Below, piece after piece: positions 20,462 to 32,760 of a stretch of DNA of 64,000 nucleotides (position 1 is the first letter of the stretch; every line of letters starts with the position of its first letter). The position numbers were made by a program, and so were the translations under genes. The DNA is from Escherichia coli (GTDB lineage Bacteria; Pseudomonadota; Gammaproteobacteria; Enterobacterales; Enterobacteriaceae): the NCBI RefSeq assembly GCF_013315695.1, contig NZ_CP054353.1; one strand, written 5' to 3'. A model generated the notes under the pieces. The model was not told the DNA's origin. It saw nothing but the letters and a program-made list of their open reading frames with translations, and searched no databases.

Positions 20462-22441
20462 TCAGTGAGATTTGACTGATTTTACCCCCAGCCAGTCAAT
20501 GATCCCCTGTGCCGCATGACGTCCTTCTGCCATTGCGGTAACCACCAGATCCGCACCACGCACGGCGTCACCACCGGCGAAGATTTTCGGATTGGTGGTC
20601 TGGTAACGGTACTGGCTTTCCACATCCGCGATGATGCGGCCCCATTTGTCTACCGTTACACCGTGCGACTCCAGCCACGGCATCCCGTGTGGATTGAAGC
20701 CAAACGCCATAATCACCGCGTCGGCTGGCATGACAAATTCACTGCCTTCCACCGGCACTGGACGCCGACGCCCCTGGGCATCCGGCTCGCCAAGACTCGT
20801 ACGCAGGAAACGAATTCCGCAAACGTGACCTTGCTCATTCAGCTCAAGCGCCACCGGCTGGACGTTAAATTCAAAGTTGGCCCCCTCTTCGCGGGCGTTC
20901 TTCACCTCTTTCTTCGAGCCTGGCATGTTAGCTTCATCACGACGATAAGCGCAGGTGACGTTACTCGCGCCGTGGCGCAGCGCGGTACGCACACAGTCCA
21001 TCGCGGTGTCGCCGCCGCCCAGTACCACGACGTTGAGTCCGGCGGTATTGATAAACGGCTCTTCCGGTAGCTCTTCGAGTCCCATCACCTGTTTAGTGTT
21101 GGCGATGAGGAACGGCAGGGCGTCATAAACGCCCGGCGCATCTTCATTGGGTAAACCCGCTTTCATGGAACGGTAAGTGCCTACGCCAACGAAGACCGCG
21201 TCGTATTGTTCCAAAAGCGAATCCAAAGAGACATCTTTACCCACTTCACAATTGAGTTCGAAGTGAATCCCCATCGCGCTGAAGATTTCCCGACGGCGTG
21301 CCAGCAGGGATTTATCCAGTTTGAAAGAAGGAATGCCGAAAGTGAGCAAGCCACCGATTTCTGGATGGCGATCGTACACCGTCACCGCCACGCCATTGCG
21401 GGTCAGAACATCCGCACAGGCCAGCCCTGCCGGACCTGCACCGATAATCGCCACCCGCTTGTCCACTTTGGTGACATGACTTAAGTCAGGACGCCAACCT
21501 TTCGCCAACGCCTGATCTGAAATGTAGCGTTCAATGTTGCCGATAGTTACTGCGCCGTGCTCATCGCGAATAGTACAGGCACCTTCACACAAACGGTCTT
21601 GCGGGCAAACGCGTCCGGTAATTTCCGGCAGGGTGTTGGTCTGGTGAGAAAGCTCGACGGCGGCGTCGATGTTTCCGGCTTTCACCAGTTCAATCCACTG
21701 CGGTATATGGTTATGCAGCGGGCAGGTCCATTCACAAACGCTGTGCTCGCCGCACTTAAGGCAGCGCGAGGCTTCCCGTTGTGCCTGATCGGCACGGAAT
21801 GGCAGATAAATTTCATCAAAACCGGTTTTGCGCGCTTCAATCGCCAGTTTGTCCGGCTCGCCACGCGCGGGCGTTGCCTGCATTTGCTCGACTTTACTCA
21901 TTACCGGCATTTCTTGTGCCGCGGTACTGGCATGCCACGGTTGATGTTCCTGACGTGCTGTGCGCAAGCGGCGGGATTTCGCTATGCCGGAGAGTGCGGC
22001 ATCAGTGACCAGTTGCAGCGCGTCTGCCGGGCAATTCTCGACACAGGCAGGACCGTTTTCGCGCCCTGCACAAAGGTCGCATTTATGCGCCGTGGCTTTA
22101 ACTTTGCCAGCCGCAACGGGTGTCAGGACGATTTGCATCGTACCAAATGGACAGGCCACCACGCAGGATTTACAGCCAATACACTTTTGCTGATTGACCT
22201 GAATGCTGTCATCAACGTGGCTGATTGCGCCATTAGGGCAGCTACGGGCGCAGGGCGCATCTTCACAATGGTGACAGGTCACTGCACTACGTTGCTGCTG
22301 ATGTTTGATAACCGTAATTCGGGGATGAAAATGGCGTTGGCTCAGGACATGTTGCTCGTCATTGTGAGCCATGACACAGGCGATTTCACAAGCATGACAA
22401 CCCAGACATTGCTGACTGTTGGCCATAATAAAACGATTCAT
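20462..22441 (-). CDS. aegA: AegA, Fe-S cluster and FAD/NAD(P)-binding oxidoreductase (GltD-like)
   Basis: 659-aa ORF with multiple CxxCxxCxxxCP ferredoxin motifs and a pyridine-nucleotide disulfide oxidoreductase-like C-terminal half. Confidence 0.9.
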   Translation of the reverse strand: MNRFIMANSQQCLGCHACEIACVMAHNDEQHVLSQRHFHPRITVIKHQQQRSAVTCHHCEDAPCARSCPNGAISHVDDSIQVNQQKCIGCKSCVVACPFGTMQIVLTPVAAGKVKATAHKCDLCAGRENGPACVENCPADALQLVTDAALSGIAKSRRLRTARQEHQPWHASTAAQEMPVMSKVEQMQATPARGEPDKLAIEARKTGFDEIYLPFRADQAQREASRCLKCGEHSVCEWTCPLHNHIPQWIELVKAGNIDAAVELSHQTNTLPEITGRVCPQDRLCEGACTIRDEHGAVTIGNIERYISDQALAKGWRPDLSHVTKVDKRVAIIGAGPAGLACADVLTRNGVAVTVYDRHPEIGGLLTFGIPSFKLDKSLLARRREIFSAMGIHFELNCEVGKDVSLDSLLEQYDAVFVGVGTYRSMKAGLPNEDAPGVYDALPFLIANTKQVMGLEELPEEPFINTAGLNVVVLGGGDTAMDCVRTALRHGASNVTCAYRRDEANMPGSKKEVKNAREEGANFEFNVQPVALELNEQGHVCGIRFLRTSLGEPDAQGRRRPVPVEGSEFVMPADAVIMAFGFNPHGMPWLESHGVTVDKWGRIIADVESQYRYQTTNPKIFAGGDAVRGADLVVTAMAEGRHAAQGIIDWLGVKSVKSH

Positions 22442-22646
22442 AACGACCTTCTTTTTTGGTTGTAAAAACCTTATTCTTTATATGAGTGTTGTTATTACCC
22501 GACTTACAGGGGAATCGGCAATGTTCATGTGCCCAGAATAAGTAACTATTTCGCTATAAACTGTGGCAGATCAAATAATCCCATCACTGACTAAATTGCG
22601 TTTCAGCGAACTGGAACATTAATGATTTTTTGTGGAGAAGACGCGT

Positions 22647-24347
22647 GTGATTGTTAAACGACCCGTCTCGGCCAGTCTGGCCCGGGCCTTTTTTTACATT
22701 GTGCTGCTGTCGATTCTTTCCACGGGTATCGCTCTGCTAACGCTGGCGAGCAGTTTACGCGACGCTGAGGCTATCAATATTGCCGGATCGCTGCGTATGC
22801 AGAGTTACCGCCTGGGCTACGACTTGCAAAGTGGCAGTCCACAACTCAATGCACATCGCCAGTTATTTCAGCAGGCACTGCATTCACCGGTATTAACCAA
22901 TCTCAACGTCTGGTATGTGCCAGAGGCAGTAAAAACCCGCTATGCGCATCTGAATGCCAACTGGCTGGAGATGAATAATCGGCTCAGCAAGGGCGATTTG
23001 CCGTGGTATCAGGCCAATATTAATAATTATGTTAATCAGATAGACCTGTTCGTGCTGGCTTTACAGCACTACGCTGAACGCAAAATGCTGCTGGTGGTGG
23101 CGATTTCCCTGGCTGGCGGCATCGGTATTTTCACGCTGGTCTTTTTTACTTTGCGCCGCATACGCCATCAGGTGGTTGCCCCGCTGAATCAGCTGGTTAC
23201 CGCCAGTCAGCGTATTGAACACGGGCAGTTCGACTCGCCGCCGCTGGATACCAGCCTGCCGAATGAGCTTGGCCTGCTTGCAAAAACCTTTAACCAGATG
23301 TCGAGCGAGCTGCATAAATTGTACCGTTCGCTGGAGGCGTCAGTAGAAGAAAAGACCCGCGATCTCCACGAGGCCAAGCGTCGTCTGGAGGTGTTGTATC
23401 AGTGTTCGCAGGCGCTAAACACCAGCCAGATTGATGTGCATTGTTTCCGCCATATTTTGCAGATTGTTCGCGACAATGAAGCGGCTGAATATCTGGAGTT
23501 AAATGTTGGTGACAACTGGCGGATTAGCGAAGGGCAGCCAAACCCGGAATTGCCGATGCAGATTTTACCGGTGACAATGCAAGAGACGGTTTACGGCGAA
23601 CTGCACTGGCAAAATAGTCACGTTTCATCATCAGAACCGCTGCTTAACAGCGTTTCGTCGATGCTGGGACGCGGTTTGTACTTTAATCAGGCGCAGAAGC
23701 ATTTTCAGCAGTTATTGTTGATGGAAGAACGTGCGACCATCGCCCGCGAATTGCACGACTCGCTGGCTCAGGTACTTTCTTACTTACGTATCCAGTTGAC
23801 GTTACTGAAGCGTTCGATACCGGAAGATAATGCCACCGCACAAAGTATCATGGCCGATTTTTCCCAGGCGTTGAATGATGCTTATCGGCAGTTACGCGAG
23901 CTGTTAACTACTTTCCGCCTGACGCTGCAGCAGGCGGATCTCCCCTCCGCGTTGAGGGAAATGCTGGATACGTTACAAAATCAAACCAGCGCCAAACTGA
24001 CCCTCGACTGCCGTCTGCCAACCCTGGCGCTGGATGCGCAAATGCAGGTGCATTTGTTGCAAATTATTCGCGAAGCGGTGCTGAATGCGATGAAGCACGC
24101 CAACGCCAGCGAAATCGCCGTTAGCTGCGTCACCGCGCCGGATGGCAATCACACAGTCTATATTCGCGACAACGGAATTGGCATCGGTGAACCGAAAGAA
24201 CCCGAAGGCCATTATGGTCTGAATATCATGCGCGAACGCGCGGAAAGATTGGGTGGGACGCTGACTTTTTCGCAACCTTCCGGCGGCGGCACGTTAGTGA
24301 GTATTAGCTTTCGCTCTGCGGAGGGTGAGGAAAGTCAGCTGATGTAA
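22647..24347 (+). CDS. narQ: Nitrate/nitrite sensor histidine kinase NarQ
   Basis: 566-aa product from GTG 22647 (MIVKRPVSASLARAFFYIVLL...), HAMP plus HisKA_3/HATPase architecture. Confidence 0.92.
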   Translation: MIVKRPVSASLARAFFYIVLLSILSTGIALLTLASSLRDAEAINIAGSLRMQSYRLGYDLQSGSPQLNAHRQLFQQALHSPVLTNLNVWYVPEAVKTRYAHLNANWLEMNNRLSKGDLPWYQANINNYVNQIDLFVLALQHYAERKMLLVVAISLAGGIGIFTLVFFTLRRIRHQVVAPLNQLVTASQRIEHGQFDSPPLDTSLPNELGLLAKTFNQMSSELHKLYRSLEASVEEKTRDLHEAKRRLEVLYQCSQALNTSQIDVHCFRHILQIVRDNEAAEYLELNVGDNWRISEGQPNPELPMQILPVTMQETVYGELHWQNSHVSSSEPLLNSVSSMLGRGLYFNQAQKHFQQLLLMEERATIARELHDSLAQVLSYLRIQLTLLKRSIPEDNATAQSIMADFSQALNDAYRQLRELLTTFRLTLQQADLPSALREMLDTLQNQTSAKLTLDCRLPTLALDAQMQVHLLQIIREAVLNAMKHANASEIAVSCVTAPDGNHTVYIRDNGIGIGEPKEPEGHYGLNIMRERAERLGGTLTFSQPSGGGTLVSISFRSAEGEESQLM

Positions 24348-24422
24348 TGCCTCTTATTGACCAAAGAATAGTGGCACTTAAGGTTCAGTATAAAAGGGCA
24401 TGATAATTTACATTAACTCCTT

Positions 24423-24440
24423 TTTTTCTCCACGATTGGC
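24423..24440 (+). promoter_or_regulatory. Candidate BaeR box upstream of acrD
   Basis: TTTTTCTCCACGATTGGC compared with the BaeR consensus TTTTTCTCCATDATTGGC as I recall it; about 70 bp upstream of the acrD start. Confidence 0.5.
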
Positions 24441-24510
24441 TCGTACCTTGCCGCTACAGTGAAGCAAGTCAAGCCTACAACGATACGCAGAAACACGAGG
24501 TCCTCTTTTA

Positions 24511-27500
24511 ATGGCGAATTTCTTTATTGATCGCCCCATTTTTGCCTGGGTGCTGGCAATCCTGTTGTGTCTGACAGGTACCCTGGCGATTTTTTCATTG
24601 CCCGTTGAACAATACCCCGATCTCGCGCCACCGAATGTGCGAGTGACCGCTAACTATCCCGGCGCATCGGCCCAGACGCTGGAAAACACCGTGATCCAGG
24701 TTATCGAGCAAAATATGACCGGCCTCGATAATCTCATGTATATGTCGTCTCAGAGCAGTGGCACCGGCCAGGCATCTGTCACGTTAAGTTTTAAAGCAGG
24801 CACCGATCCGGACGAAGCCGTGCAGCAAGTACAAAACCAGCTGCAATCAGCCATGCGAAAGTTACCGCAGGCGGTGCAAAATCAGGGCGTGACGGTGCGT
24901 AAAACCGGCGATACCAATATTCTGACCATTGCCTTCGTCTCTACCGATGGTTCGATGGATAAACAGGATATTGCCGATTACGTTGCCAGTAATATTCAGG
25001 ATCCGTTAAGCCGCGTGAATGGCGTCGGGGATATCGATGCCTATGGTTCGCAATATTCCATGCGTATCTGGCTGGACCCGGCGAAACTCAACAGTTTCCA
25101 GATGACGGCTAAAGATGTCACTGATGCCATTGAGTCACAGAACGCGCAGATTGCGGTTGGGCAACTTGGTGGTACGCCTTCCGTCGATAAGCAGGCGCTC
25201 AACGCCACCATTAACGCCCAGTCACTGCTGCAAACACCAGAACAGTTCCGCGATATCACCTTACGGGTGAATCAGGACGGTTCAGAGGTAAGGCTGGGCG
25301 ATGTCGCCACCGTCGAAATGGGGGCGGAGAAATACGATTATCTTAGCCGCTTCAATGGTAAGCCAGCCTCCGGGCTGGGGGTAAAACTGGCCTCCGGCGC
25401 GAACGAAATGGCGACTGCGCAGCTGGTGCTCAATCGTCTCGACGAGCTGGCGCAGTATTTTCCACACGGACTGGAATACAAGGTGGCGTATGAAACCACC
25501 TCGTTTGTTAAAGCCTCCATTGAAGACGTGGTGAAAACGCTGCTGGAAGCTATCGCCCTGGTTTTCCTCGTTATGTATCTGTTCCTGCAAAACTTCCGCG
25601 CCACGCTGATACCCACTATCGCCGTGCCGGTGGTGTTGATGGGAACCTTCTCCGTACTTTACGCCTTCGGTTACAGCGTCAACACCTTAACCATGTTCGC
25701 GATGGTACTGGCGATCGGTCTGCTGGTGGATGACGCCATCGTGGTGGTGGAAAACGTCGAACGTATTATGAGTGAGGAAGGACTCACTCCTCGCGAAGCC
25801 ACACGTAAATCGATGGGGCAGATCCAGGGGGCACTGGTCGGGATTGCGATGGTGCTTTCGGCGGTATTTGTACCAATGGCCTTCTTCGGCGGCACCACCG
25901 GTGCCATCTATCGCCAGTTCTCTATTACCATTGTTGCGGCGATGGTGCTGTCAGTACTGGTAGCGATGATCCTCACTCCGGCTCTGTGTGCCACACTACT
26001 TAAGCCACTGAAAAAAGGTGAGCATCACGGGCAAAAAGGCTTTTTTGCCTGGTTTAACCAGATGTTTAACCGCAACGCCGAACGCTACGAAAAAGGGGTG
26101 GCGAAAATTCTCCACCGCAGCCTGCGCTGGATTGTGATTTATGTCCTGCTGCTTGGCGGCATGGTGTTCCTGTTCCTGCGTTTGCCGACGTCGTTCTTGC
26201 CACTGGAAGACCGGGGCATGTTTACTACCTCGGTACAGTTGCCCAGCGGTTCAACCCAACAACAGACCCTGAAAGTCGTTGAGCAAATCGAGAAATACTA
26301 CTTCACCCATGAAAAAGACAACATCATGTCGGTGTTTGCCACTGTTGGTTCTGGCCCTGGGGGTAACGGGCAAAACGTGGCGAGAATGTTTATCCGCCTG
26401 AAAGACTGGAGCGAACGCGACAGTAAGACCGGCACCTCGTTTGCCATTATCGAGCGTGCAACGAAGGCGTTTAACAAGATTAAAGAAGCTAGCGTTATCG
26501 CCAGCAGCCCGCCAGCAATTAGCGGTCTTGGTAGTTCTGCAGGTTTTGATATGGAGTTGCAGGACCACGCTGGAGCGGGTCACGATGCGCTGATGGCAGC
26601 ACGAAACCAGTTGCTGGCGCTGGCAGCGGAAAACCCGGAGCTAACCCGTGTGCGCCATAACGGCCTCGACGACAGTCCGCAGTTGCAGATTGATATCGAC
26701 CAGCGTAAAGCTCAGGCGCTGGGCGTTGCTATCGACGATATTAACGACACACTGCAAACCGCCTGGGGTTCGAGCTATGTGAATGACTTTATGGATCGCG
26801 GTCGCGTGAAGAAAGTCTATGTGCAGGCAGCTGCGCCGTATCGCATGCTGCCAGATGACATCAATCTCTGGTATGTCCGAAATAAAGATGGCGGCATGGT
26901 GCCCTTCTCTGCTTTCGCGACCTCACGCTGGGAGACAGGCTCGCCGCGTCTGGAACGCTATAACGGTTATTCTGCGGTAGAGATTGTAGGGGAAGCCGCA
27001 CCGGGGGTCAGTACCGGTACGGCGATGGATATTATGGAATCGTTAGTGAAGCAGCTGCCAAACGGCTTTGGTCTGGAGTGGACGGCGATGTCGTATCAGG
27101 AGCGGCTTTCCGGCGCGCAGGCTCCGGCGCTGTACGCTATTTCCTTGCTGGTGGTATTCCTGTGTCTGGCGGCGTTGTATGAAAGCTGGTCGGTGCCGTT
27201 CTCGGTAATGCTGGTCGTGCCGCTGGGGGTTATCGGCGCGCTGCTGGCAACCTGGATGCGCGGGCTGGAAAACGACGTTTACTTCCAGGTGGGCCTGTTA
27301 ACGGTCATTGGTTTATCGGCGAAAAACGCCATCCTGATCGTCGAGTTTGCTAACGAGATGAACCAAAAAGGCCACGACCTGTTTGAAGCGACGCTCCACG
27401 CCTGCCGTCAGCGTTTACGCCCGATTCTGATGACTTCGCTGGCATTTATCTTCGGCGTATTGCCAATGGCAACCAGCACGGGTGCCGGTTCCGGTGGTCA

Positions 27501-27624
27501 GCATGCGGTGGGTACTGGCGTAATGGGCGGGATGATTTCGGCCACTATTCTGGCTATTTACTTCGTGCCGCTGTTCTTTGTGCTGGTGCGCCGCCGCTTC
27601 CCGCTGAAGCCGCGCCCGGAATAA
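24511..27624 (+). CDS. acrD: RND aminoglycoside efflux pump AcrD
   Basis: 1037-aa [24 protein letters not shown]..., AcrB/AcrD family. Confidence 0.95.
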   Translation: MANFFIDRPIFAWVLAILLCLTGTLAIFSLPVEQYPDLAPPNVRVTANYPGASAQTLENTVIQVIEQNMTGLDNLMYMSSQSSGTGQASVTLSFKAGTDPDEAVQQVQNQLQSAMRKLPQAVQNQGVTVRKTGDTNILTIAFVSTDGSMDKQDIADYVASNIQDPLSRVNGVGDIDAYGSQYSMRIWLDPAKLNSFQMTAKDVTDAIESQNAQIAVGQLGGTPSVDKQALNATINAQSLLQTPEQFRDITLRVNQDGSEVRLGDVATVEMGAEKYDYLSRFNGKPASGLGVKLASGANEMATAQLVLNRLDELAQYFPHGLEYKVAYETTSFVKASIEDVVKTLLEAIALVFLVMYLFLQNFRATLIPTIAVPVVLMGTFSVLYAFGYSVNTLTMFAMVLAIGLLVDDAIVVVENVERIMSEEGLTPREATRKSMGQIQGALVGIAMVLSAVFVPMAFFGGTTGAIYRQFSITIVAAMVLSVLVAMILTPALCATLLKPLKKGEHHGQKGFFAWFNQMFNRNAERYEKGVAKILHRSLRWIVIYVLLLGGMVFLFLRLPTSFLPLEDRGMFTTSVQLPSGSTQQQTLKVVEQIEKYYFTHEKDNIMSVFATVGSGPGGNGQNVARMFIRLKDWSERDSKTGTSFAIIERATKAFNKIKEASVIASSPPAISGLGSSAGFDMELQDHAGAGHDALMAARNQLLALAAENPELTRVRHNGLDDSPQLQIDIDQRKAQALGVAIDDINDTLQTAWGSSYVNDFMDRGRVKKVYVQAAAPYRMLPDDINLWYVRNKDGGMVPFSAFATSRWETGSPRLERYNGYSAVEIVGEAAPGVSTGTAMDIMESLVKQLPNGFGLEWTAMSYQERLSGAQAPALYAISLLVVFLCLAALYESWSVPFSVMLVVPLGVIGALLATWMRGLENDVYFQVGLLTVIGLSAKNAILIVEFANEMNQKGHDLFEATLHACRQRLRPILMTSLAFIFGVLPMATSTGAGSGGQHAVGTGVMGGMISATILAIYFVPLFFVLVRRRFPLKPRPE

Positions 27625-27633
27625 GCAATAAAA

Positions 27634-27665
27634 AAGGCGACATGCTAATGTGTCGCCTTTTTCAA
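27634..27665 (+). terminator. Intrinsic terminator after acrD
   Basis: AGGCGACA-loop-TGTCGCCT stem followed by TTTTTC. Confidence 0.7.
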
Positions 27666-27722
27666 TTTTCCGATTAAGAACCTGCTCAGCGGGTTCTTGC
27701 TGTTTGTACTTTGTCTCAGGAA

Positions 27723-27782
27723 TTACTTACGAAGCATAACTTCGATAAAGTCTTTCCAGTTCCCCAGTTCACGTTCAATCAT
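27723..27782 (-). CDS. ypfM: Small protein YpfM (19 aa)
   Basis: Minus-strand ATG...TAA encoding MIERELGNWKDFIEVMLRK with AGAGAGG Shine-Dalgarno 6 nt upstream; matches my recollection of K-12 YpfM; too short for the ORF track. Confidence 0.6.
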   Translation of the reverse strand: MIERELGNWKDFIEVMLRK

Positions 27783-28144
27783 AACAACCTCTCTTATAAT
27801 TATGGGTATTCTACGGAAACAATATACCGTGGTGAAGCTAATTTACTCGATTGCTGCGATGACTACCTCCGGGGGACAAACCTTATGTAAATACTATGGT
27901 CCTGCGGTGATAATTTGTATGTGATACACAGCAACATTTCGAGATATTCATACGGCATCTAATACTGATTTAATTCTGGCTAAAATACAGACAGATAACA
28001 AGATGAATATTTTTAATGTTTACGTTAAAAATGTTTAATATTATTTAATAGTTGTTAATTTGAATACTTCGATAATGTTATATTTCCTGATAATCATTTG
28101 CAGGCAAAATGTTTTCACCCTTAAATGAGTATTTATTCTCATAA

Positions 28145-28519
<375 letters not shown>

Positions 28520-28522
28520 TCT

Positions 28523-29650
28523 ATGTCGTGCCCGGTTATTGAGCTGACACAACAGCTTATTCGCCGCCCTTCCCTGAGTCCTGATGACGCAGGATGCCAG
28601 GCTTTGTTGATTGAACGTTTGCAGGCGATCGGTTTTACCGTTGAACGCATGGACTTTGCCGATACGCAGAATTTTTGGGCATGGCGTGGGCAGGGTGAAA
28701 CGTTAGCCTTTGCCGGGCATACCGACGTGGTGCCGCCTGGCGACGCCGACCGTTGGATCAATCCGCCGTTTGAACCCACCATTCGTGACGGCATGTTATT
28801 CGGGCGCGGTGCGGCAGATATGAAAGGCTCGCTGGCGGCGATGGTGGTAGCGGCAGAACGTTTTGTCGCACAACATCCCAACCATACGGGGCGACTGGCA
28901 TTTCTGATCACCTCTGATGAAGAAGCCAGTGCCCACAACGGTACGGTAAAAGTCGTCGAGGCGTTAATGGCACGTAATGAGCGTCTCGATTACTGCCTGG
29001 TCGGCGAACCGTCGAGTATCGAAGTGGTAGGTGATGTGGTGAAAAATGGTCGTCGCGGATCATTAACCTGCAACCTTACCATTCATGGCGTTCAGGGGCA
29101 TGTTGCCTACCCGCATCTGGCTGACAATCCGGTACATCGCGCAGCACCTTTCCTTAATGAATTAGTGGCTATTGAGTGGGATCAGGGCAATGAATTTTTC
29201 CCGGCGACCAGTATGCAGATTGCCAATATTCAGGCGGGAACGGGCAGTAACAACGTTATTCCGGGTGAACTGTTTGTGCAGTTTAACTTCCGCTTCAGCA
29301 CCGAACTGACTGATGAGATGATCAAAGCGCAGGTACTTGCCCTGCTTGAAAAACATCAACTGCGCTATACGGTGGATTGGTGGCTTTCCGGGCAGCCATT
29401 TTTGACCGCACGCGGTAAACTGGTGGATGCGGTCGTTAACGCGGTTGAGCACTATAATGAAATTAAACCGCAGCTACTGACCACAGGCGGAACGTCCGAC
29501 GGGCGCTTTATTGCCCGCATGGGGGCGCAGGTGGTGGAACTCGGGCCGGTCAATGCCACTATTCATAAAATTAATGAATGTGTGAACGCTGCCGACCTGC
29601 AGCTACTTGCCCGTATGTATCAACGTATCATGGAACAGCTCGTCGCGTGA
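28523..29650 (+). CDS. dapE: Succinyl-diaminopimelate desuccinylase DapE
   Basis: 375-aa M20 peptidase family ORF. Confidence 0.95.
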
Positions 29651-29677
29651 TGAGTGGTTCCGCAAGAGGAAATAAGC

Positions 29678-29878
29678 ATGGACTGGCTGGCTAAATATTG
29701 GTGGATTCTGGTGATTGTCTTTTTGGTAGGCGTCCTGCTGAACGTGATTAAAGATCTCAAGCGCGTCGACCATAAGAAATTTCTCGCCAACAAGCCGGAG
29801 CTTCCCCCGCATCGTGATTTCAACGATAAGTGGGACGATGACGACGACTGGCCGAAAAAGGATCAACCGAAGAAGTAA
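29678..29878 (+). CDS. ypfN: Small membrane protein YpfN (66 aa)
   Basis: [27 protein letters not shown]..., single TM helix and acidic C-terminus; start at internal ATG of the track ORF. Confidence 0.8.
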
Positions 29879-29886
29879 GCTAAGTG

Positions 29887-29949
29887 GCCGGATAAGGCGT
29901 TAACGCCGCATCCGGCCATGATGCCTGATACAGTCTTATCAGACCTACC
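29887..29949. repeat. REP element(s) between ypfN and ypfH
   Basis: GCCGGATAAGGCGTTAACGCCGCATCCGGC plus adjacent partial REP. Confidence 0.8.
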
Positions 29950-29958
29950 CGGCTATTA

Positions 29959-30657
29959 TTACATCATTTCAATCACATCATCATCGCCAGGCTTACCGCC
30001 GCTTAGCGCTTCGTCGAAATAATGTTTCGGAATGGTATAACGCAAGTGATCCAGAGCAAATTGCATACTGCGATTGTCGATCGCATGGCCTAAATCCTCC
30101 ACGATATCCAGCGTCACGTCACCACCGGCACTGATTAACGCTTCCTGCGCCGCAACCGCATGCGCCAGATCGATAACCGGATCTTCACCGCCATGAATCA
30201 GGTGAATTGTCGTGGCTGTAGACGCAGTTTCCGGCAGGCTCGCATACCGTCCGTTAAAGGCAATGACGCGTGAGGCAAGGCCCGGTTCGGCTTTAATGCT
30301 CTCCAGCGCCATAATCGCGCCTTGAGAGAAACCGATTAGCGCCGTGGCGTTAGCCCCTACTCCGCTCTGTTTCTGCCAGTAGCGCACCGTTTCAATAAAC
30401 GTCGGCATGATGGCATCCACACGCGCCTGGCGATTATCTTCCGTAATACCCTGCACCGAAAACCACTGACGCCCCGCCGGATTACCGCTCGGCTCCGCGC
30501 CTCTGACACTCACCACCAGCGCATCAGGAAATAGCGGCGCAAACCAGCTGCCTATTTCCCCCATTGCCACCGGGTTATCCCCGACACCGTGGAAAAGCAG
30601 TAACAACTGTTGCGCAGGTTTATCCGGGCTTTGAACAACAAAATGGTCATGTTTCAT
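29959..30657 (-). CDS. ypfH: Esterase YpfH (alpha/beta hydrolase)
   Basis: 232-aa product from ATG at 30655-30657 (MKHDHFVVQSPDKPAQQ...), GFSQG nucleophile elbow. Confidence 0.88.
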   Translation of the reverse strand: MKHDHFVVQSPDKPAQQLLLLFHGVGDNPVAMGEIGSWFAPLFPDALVVSVRGAEPSGNPAGRQWFSVQGITEDNRQARVDAIMPTFIETVRYWQKQSGVGANATALIGFSQGAIMALESIKAEPGLASRVIAFNGRYASLPETASTATTIHLIHGGEDPVIDLAHAVAAQEALISAGGDVTLDIVEDLGHAIDNRSMQFALDHLRYTIPKHYFDEALSGGKPGDDDVIEMM

Positions 30658-30730
30658 GGCGAACTCCTTAACTGATGTCATTAATTTTACGCCGCTGACT
30701 CACAATGACCATGGGAGAAAATTGAAGGAG

Positions 30731-32746
30731 TCAGTGAAAAAATTGCCATTGCGTTATGCGATCGCGCAAACGCTCAGTGCGAACATCATCAAGTGCGTAT
30801 AGCGCCTGCGCGGCCTCTTCCCGCTGACGGACCAGTAACAGCTTACGGCCTGAAAGTTTAAGTGTGGTACATAACTGCGCGTCACTGGCGTTTTTCTGTA
30901 AACGCCCACGCAGCGCCGGTAATGCCATTTCGCTGGTTTGTAACAGACGCATTAAGCAACCTAACGACGTTAATAGCGGACGATGAGCGAAAGCAAAACC
31001 GGCCAGTTCAAGCCAGTCGTCGTCAGAAAGGACGGCATCGTTTAGTGGATCAACGGGAAGCATTTCGCCATTCCACTGCGCGAGAGCTTGCGCATCGCGA
31101 CGTAAACGGTAATGCTCACGTTCAGCCAGCTGTTTACCCGCATCACTCATCGGTAACAGTGCCATCGCCGTATAGCAACCGCTGCTGGCTTCACGATGAT
31201 TACCCATTCGCACCAGCACAAAACCGCAGCGTTGCCAGAAACGCCATAACTCCCCGGTGTAACCAAAACTCACCGAAAGATAGTCGAGGTCATGCGTATA
31301 TTGCAAAGCACCAGCAATAAGTTGCCGCCCTGTGCCTTCCCGCTGACGCGCCGGATGAACTGCTATCCGGCTTACCCGCCGTCCACGCAATGTCGCTGCC
31401 AGTGGATTGCTGCCGTGCGCCGCCAGCGACTGGGCCACCAGATTACCCCGAGGGCGACGAAAACCTGCCCATACCGCCTGACTGAGTTGTTGAGATAATC
31501 CCCCCTCATCCACCAGCCACAGCGCTCCGGCAATCTCGTTTTCGCCAGCCGCCTGTAAAAAATGTTGCCCTGGTGCATCCATCATCCGGCGTAAATCCAG
31601 CGGCGAGGTCCGGTAGTGCGCGCCAGACAATAGCTGATATACCTTTAACGGCGTTTCTGGTTCGCTTCGCCATAACGTCTGTTCAAAAGCAGAAATGACG
31701 ATGTCACCTTGTGGTTCGTGAGTGAAGTTTTCATCGTCAAACACCAGTGCCTCACTAACCATTTTTTCCAGCGGGCATCCCTGCGCCCAGCGGATCGGCT
31801 GTTGTAGTTCAAAACGGTGTAAATGCGGAAAGCGAGCGCAAAATTTCAGCAAAAAACCACGTCCGGTGCCTTCGTAGCCCTGCACCGTAGTGGTTAACAA
31901 CGTTCGAGGAAAACGCAATACCAGTTGATGCAACAACGGCGCAGGTATAGCTGCGGCTTCATCGACCACCAGCCAGTCGGCTTGCTCATCGCTGGCTAAC
32001 AAGGCATCCGGCGCAATAAAGCGAAACTTCTCGCCCGCAAATTGTGCCAGTACATCCGTTGCCGCTTTTGCGGGCGCGGTGACAATCGCACTGCCCGCAA
32101 TACGAGAAATGAGTTGCCCTGCCAACGCCGACTTACCGCGCCCACGCGCAGCAGTTACCGCTGCCACGCCCGGCGGCATGGTCAGTAGCTGCTGTAAGAG
32201 TTGCTGTTGTTCTGGTTGTGGTGCGCCGGTAGCGGGGTACCAGTCAGTACGGGGAGTAAAATGCGCCAACGAGAACGGCTGGTTTTGCCGCCAGAGGATA
32301 GCGTCGTTATTCGCCGTAATTACGCGTTTGAAATGCTGGACAAAATGCGGCGTCGCAATAGGGTCAGGGCAATCACTCCAGCGCAGCGAGTCGGCATCAG
32401 GTTGGTTTTCCCACTCATCCCATACAGGGAGTAACAACACTAGCCAGCTTCCCGCTTTCAACGTTCCGCTAAGTGCCGCAAAGGCAGCGGCATCAAAGCC
32501 GTGGCGGGCGTCGAATACCGCATGCCGGAACTCGCGCCCAAGTAAAGTTTGTAGTGCCGAGGGAGAACTGTGATTTTCAGCATCTGGCTGCGGCGAAATC
32601 CACAGCCAGTCGCCAGGTAAGGCATCACGCAACTTAAGCGCATGATCAAAACACCAACGCTCTTCCCCGCTCAACACCAGCAAGCGGCGGATCCCTTCAC
32701 GTTTCATTTGCGCTGTTAATGTGTGAAGCGCAGTCAGTTCAGCCAT
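30731..32746 (-). CDS. tmcA: tRNA(Met) cytidine acetyltransferase TmcA
   Basis: 671-aa ORF with helicase-like P-loop (GRGKSA) and GNAT-like C-terminus. Confidence 0.9.
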   Translation of the reverse strand: MAELTALHTLTAQMKREGIRRLLVLSGEERWCFDHALKLRDALPGDWLWISPQPDAENHSSPSALQTLLGREFRHAVFDARHGFDAAAFAALSGTLKAGSWLVLLLPVWDEWENQPDADSLRWSDCPDPIATPHFVQHFKRVITANNDAILWRQNQPFSLAHFTPRTDWYPATGAPQPEQQQLLQQLLTMPPGVAAVTAARGRGKSALAGQLISRIAGSAIVTAPAKAATDVLAQFAGEKFRFIAPDALLASDEQADWLVVDEAAAIPAPLLHQLVLRFPRTLLTTTVQGYEGTGRGFLLKFCARFPHLHRFELQQPIRWAQGCPLEKMVSEALVFDDENFTHEPQGDIVISAFEQTLWRSEPETPLKVYQLLSGAHYRTSPLDLRRMMDAPGQHFLQAAGENEIAGALWLVDEGGLSQQLSQAVWAGFRRPRGNLVAQSLAAHGSNPLAATLRGRRVSRIAVHPARQREGTGRQLIAGALQYTHDLDYLSVSFGYTGELWRFWQRCGFVLVRMGNHREASSGCYTAMALLPMSDAGKQLAEREHYRLRRDAQALAQWNGEMLPVDPLNDAVLSDDDWLELAGFAFAHRPLLTSLGCLMRLLQTSEMALPALRGRLQKNASDAQLCTTLKLSGRKLLLVRQREEAAQALYALDDVRTERLRDRITQWQFFH

Positions 32747-32760
32747 CCCTGCCCCGGAAG

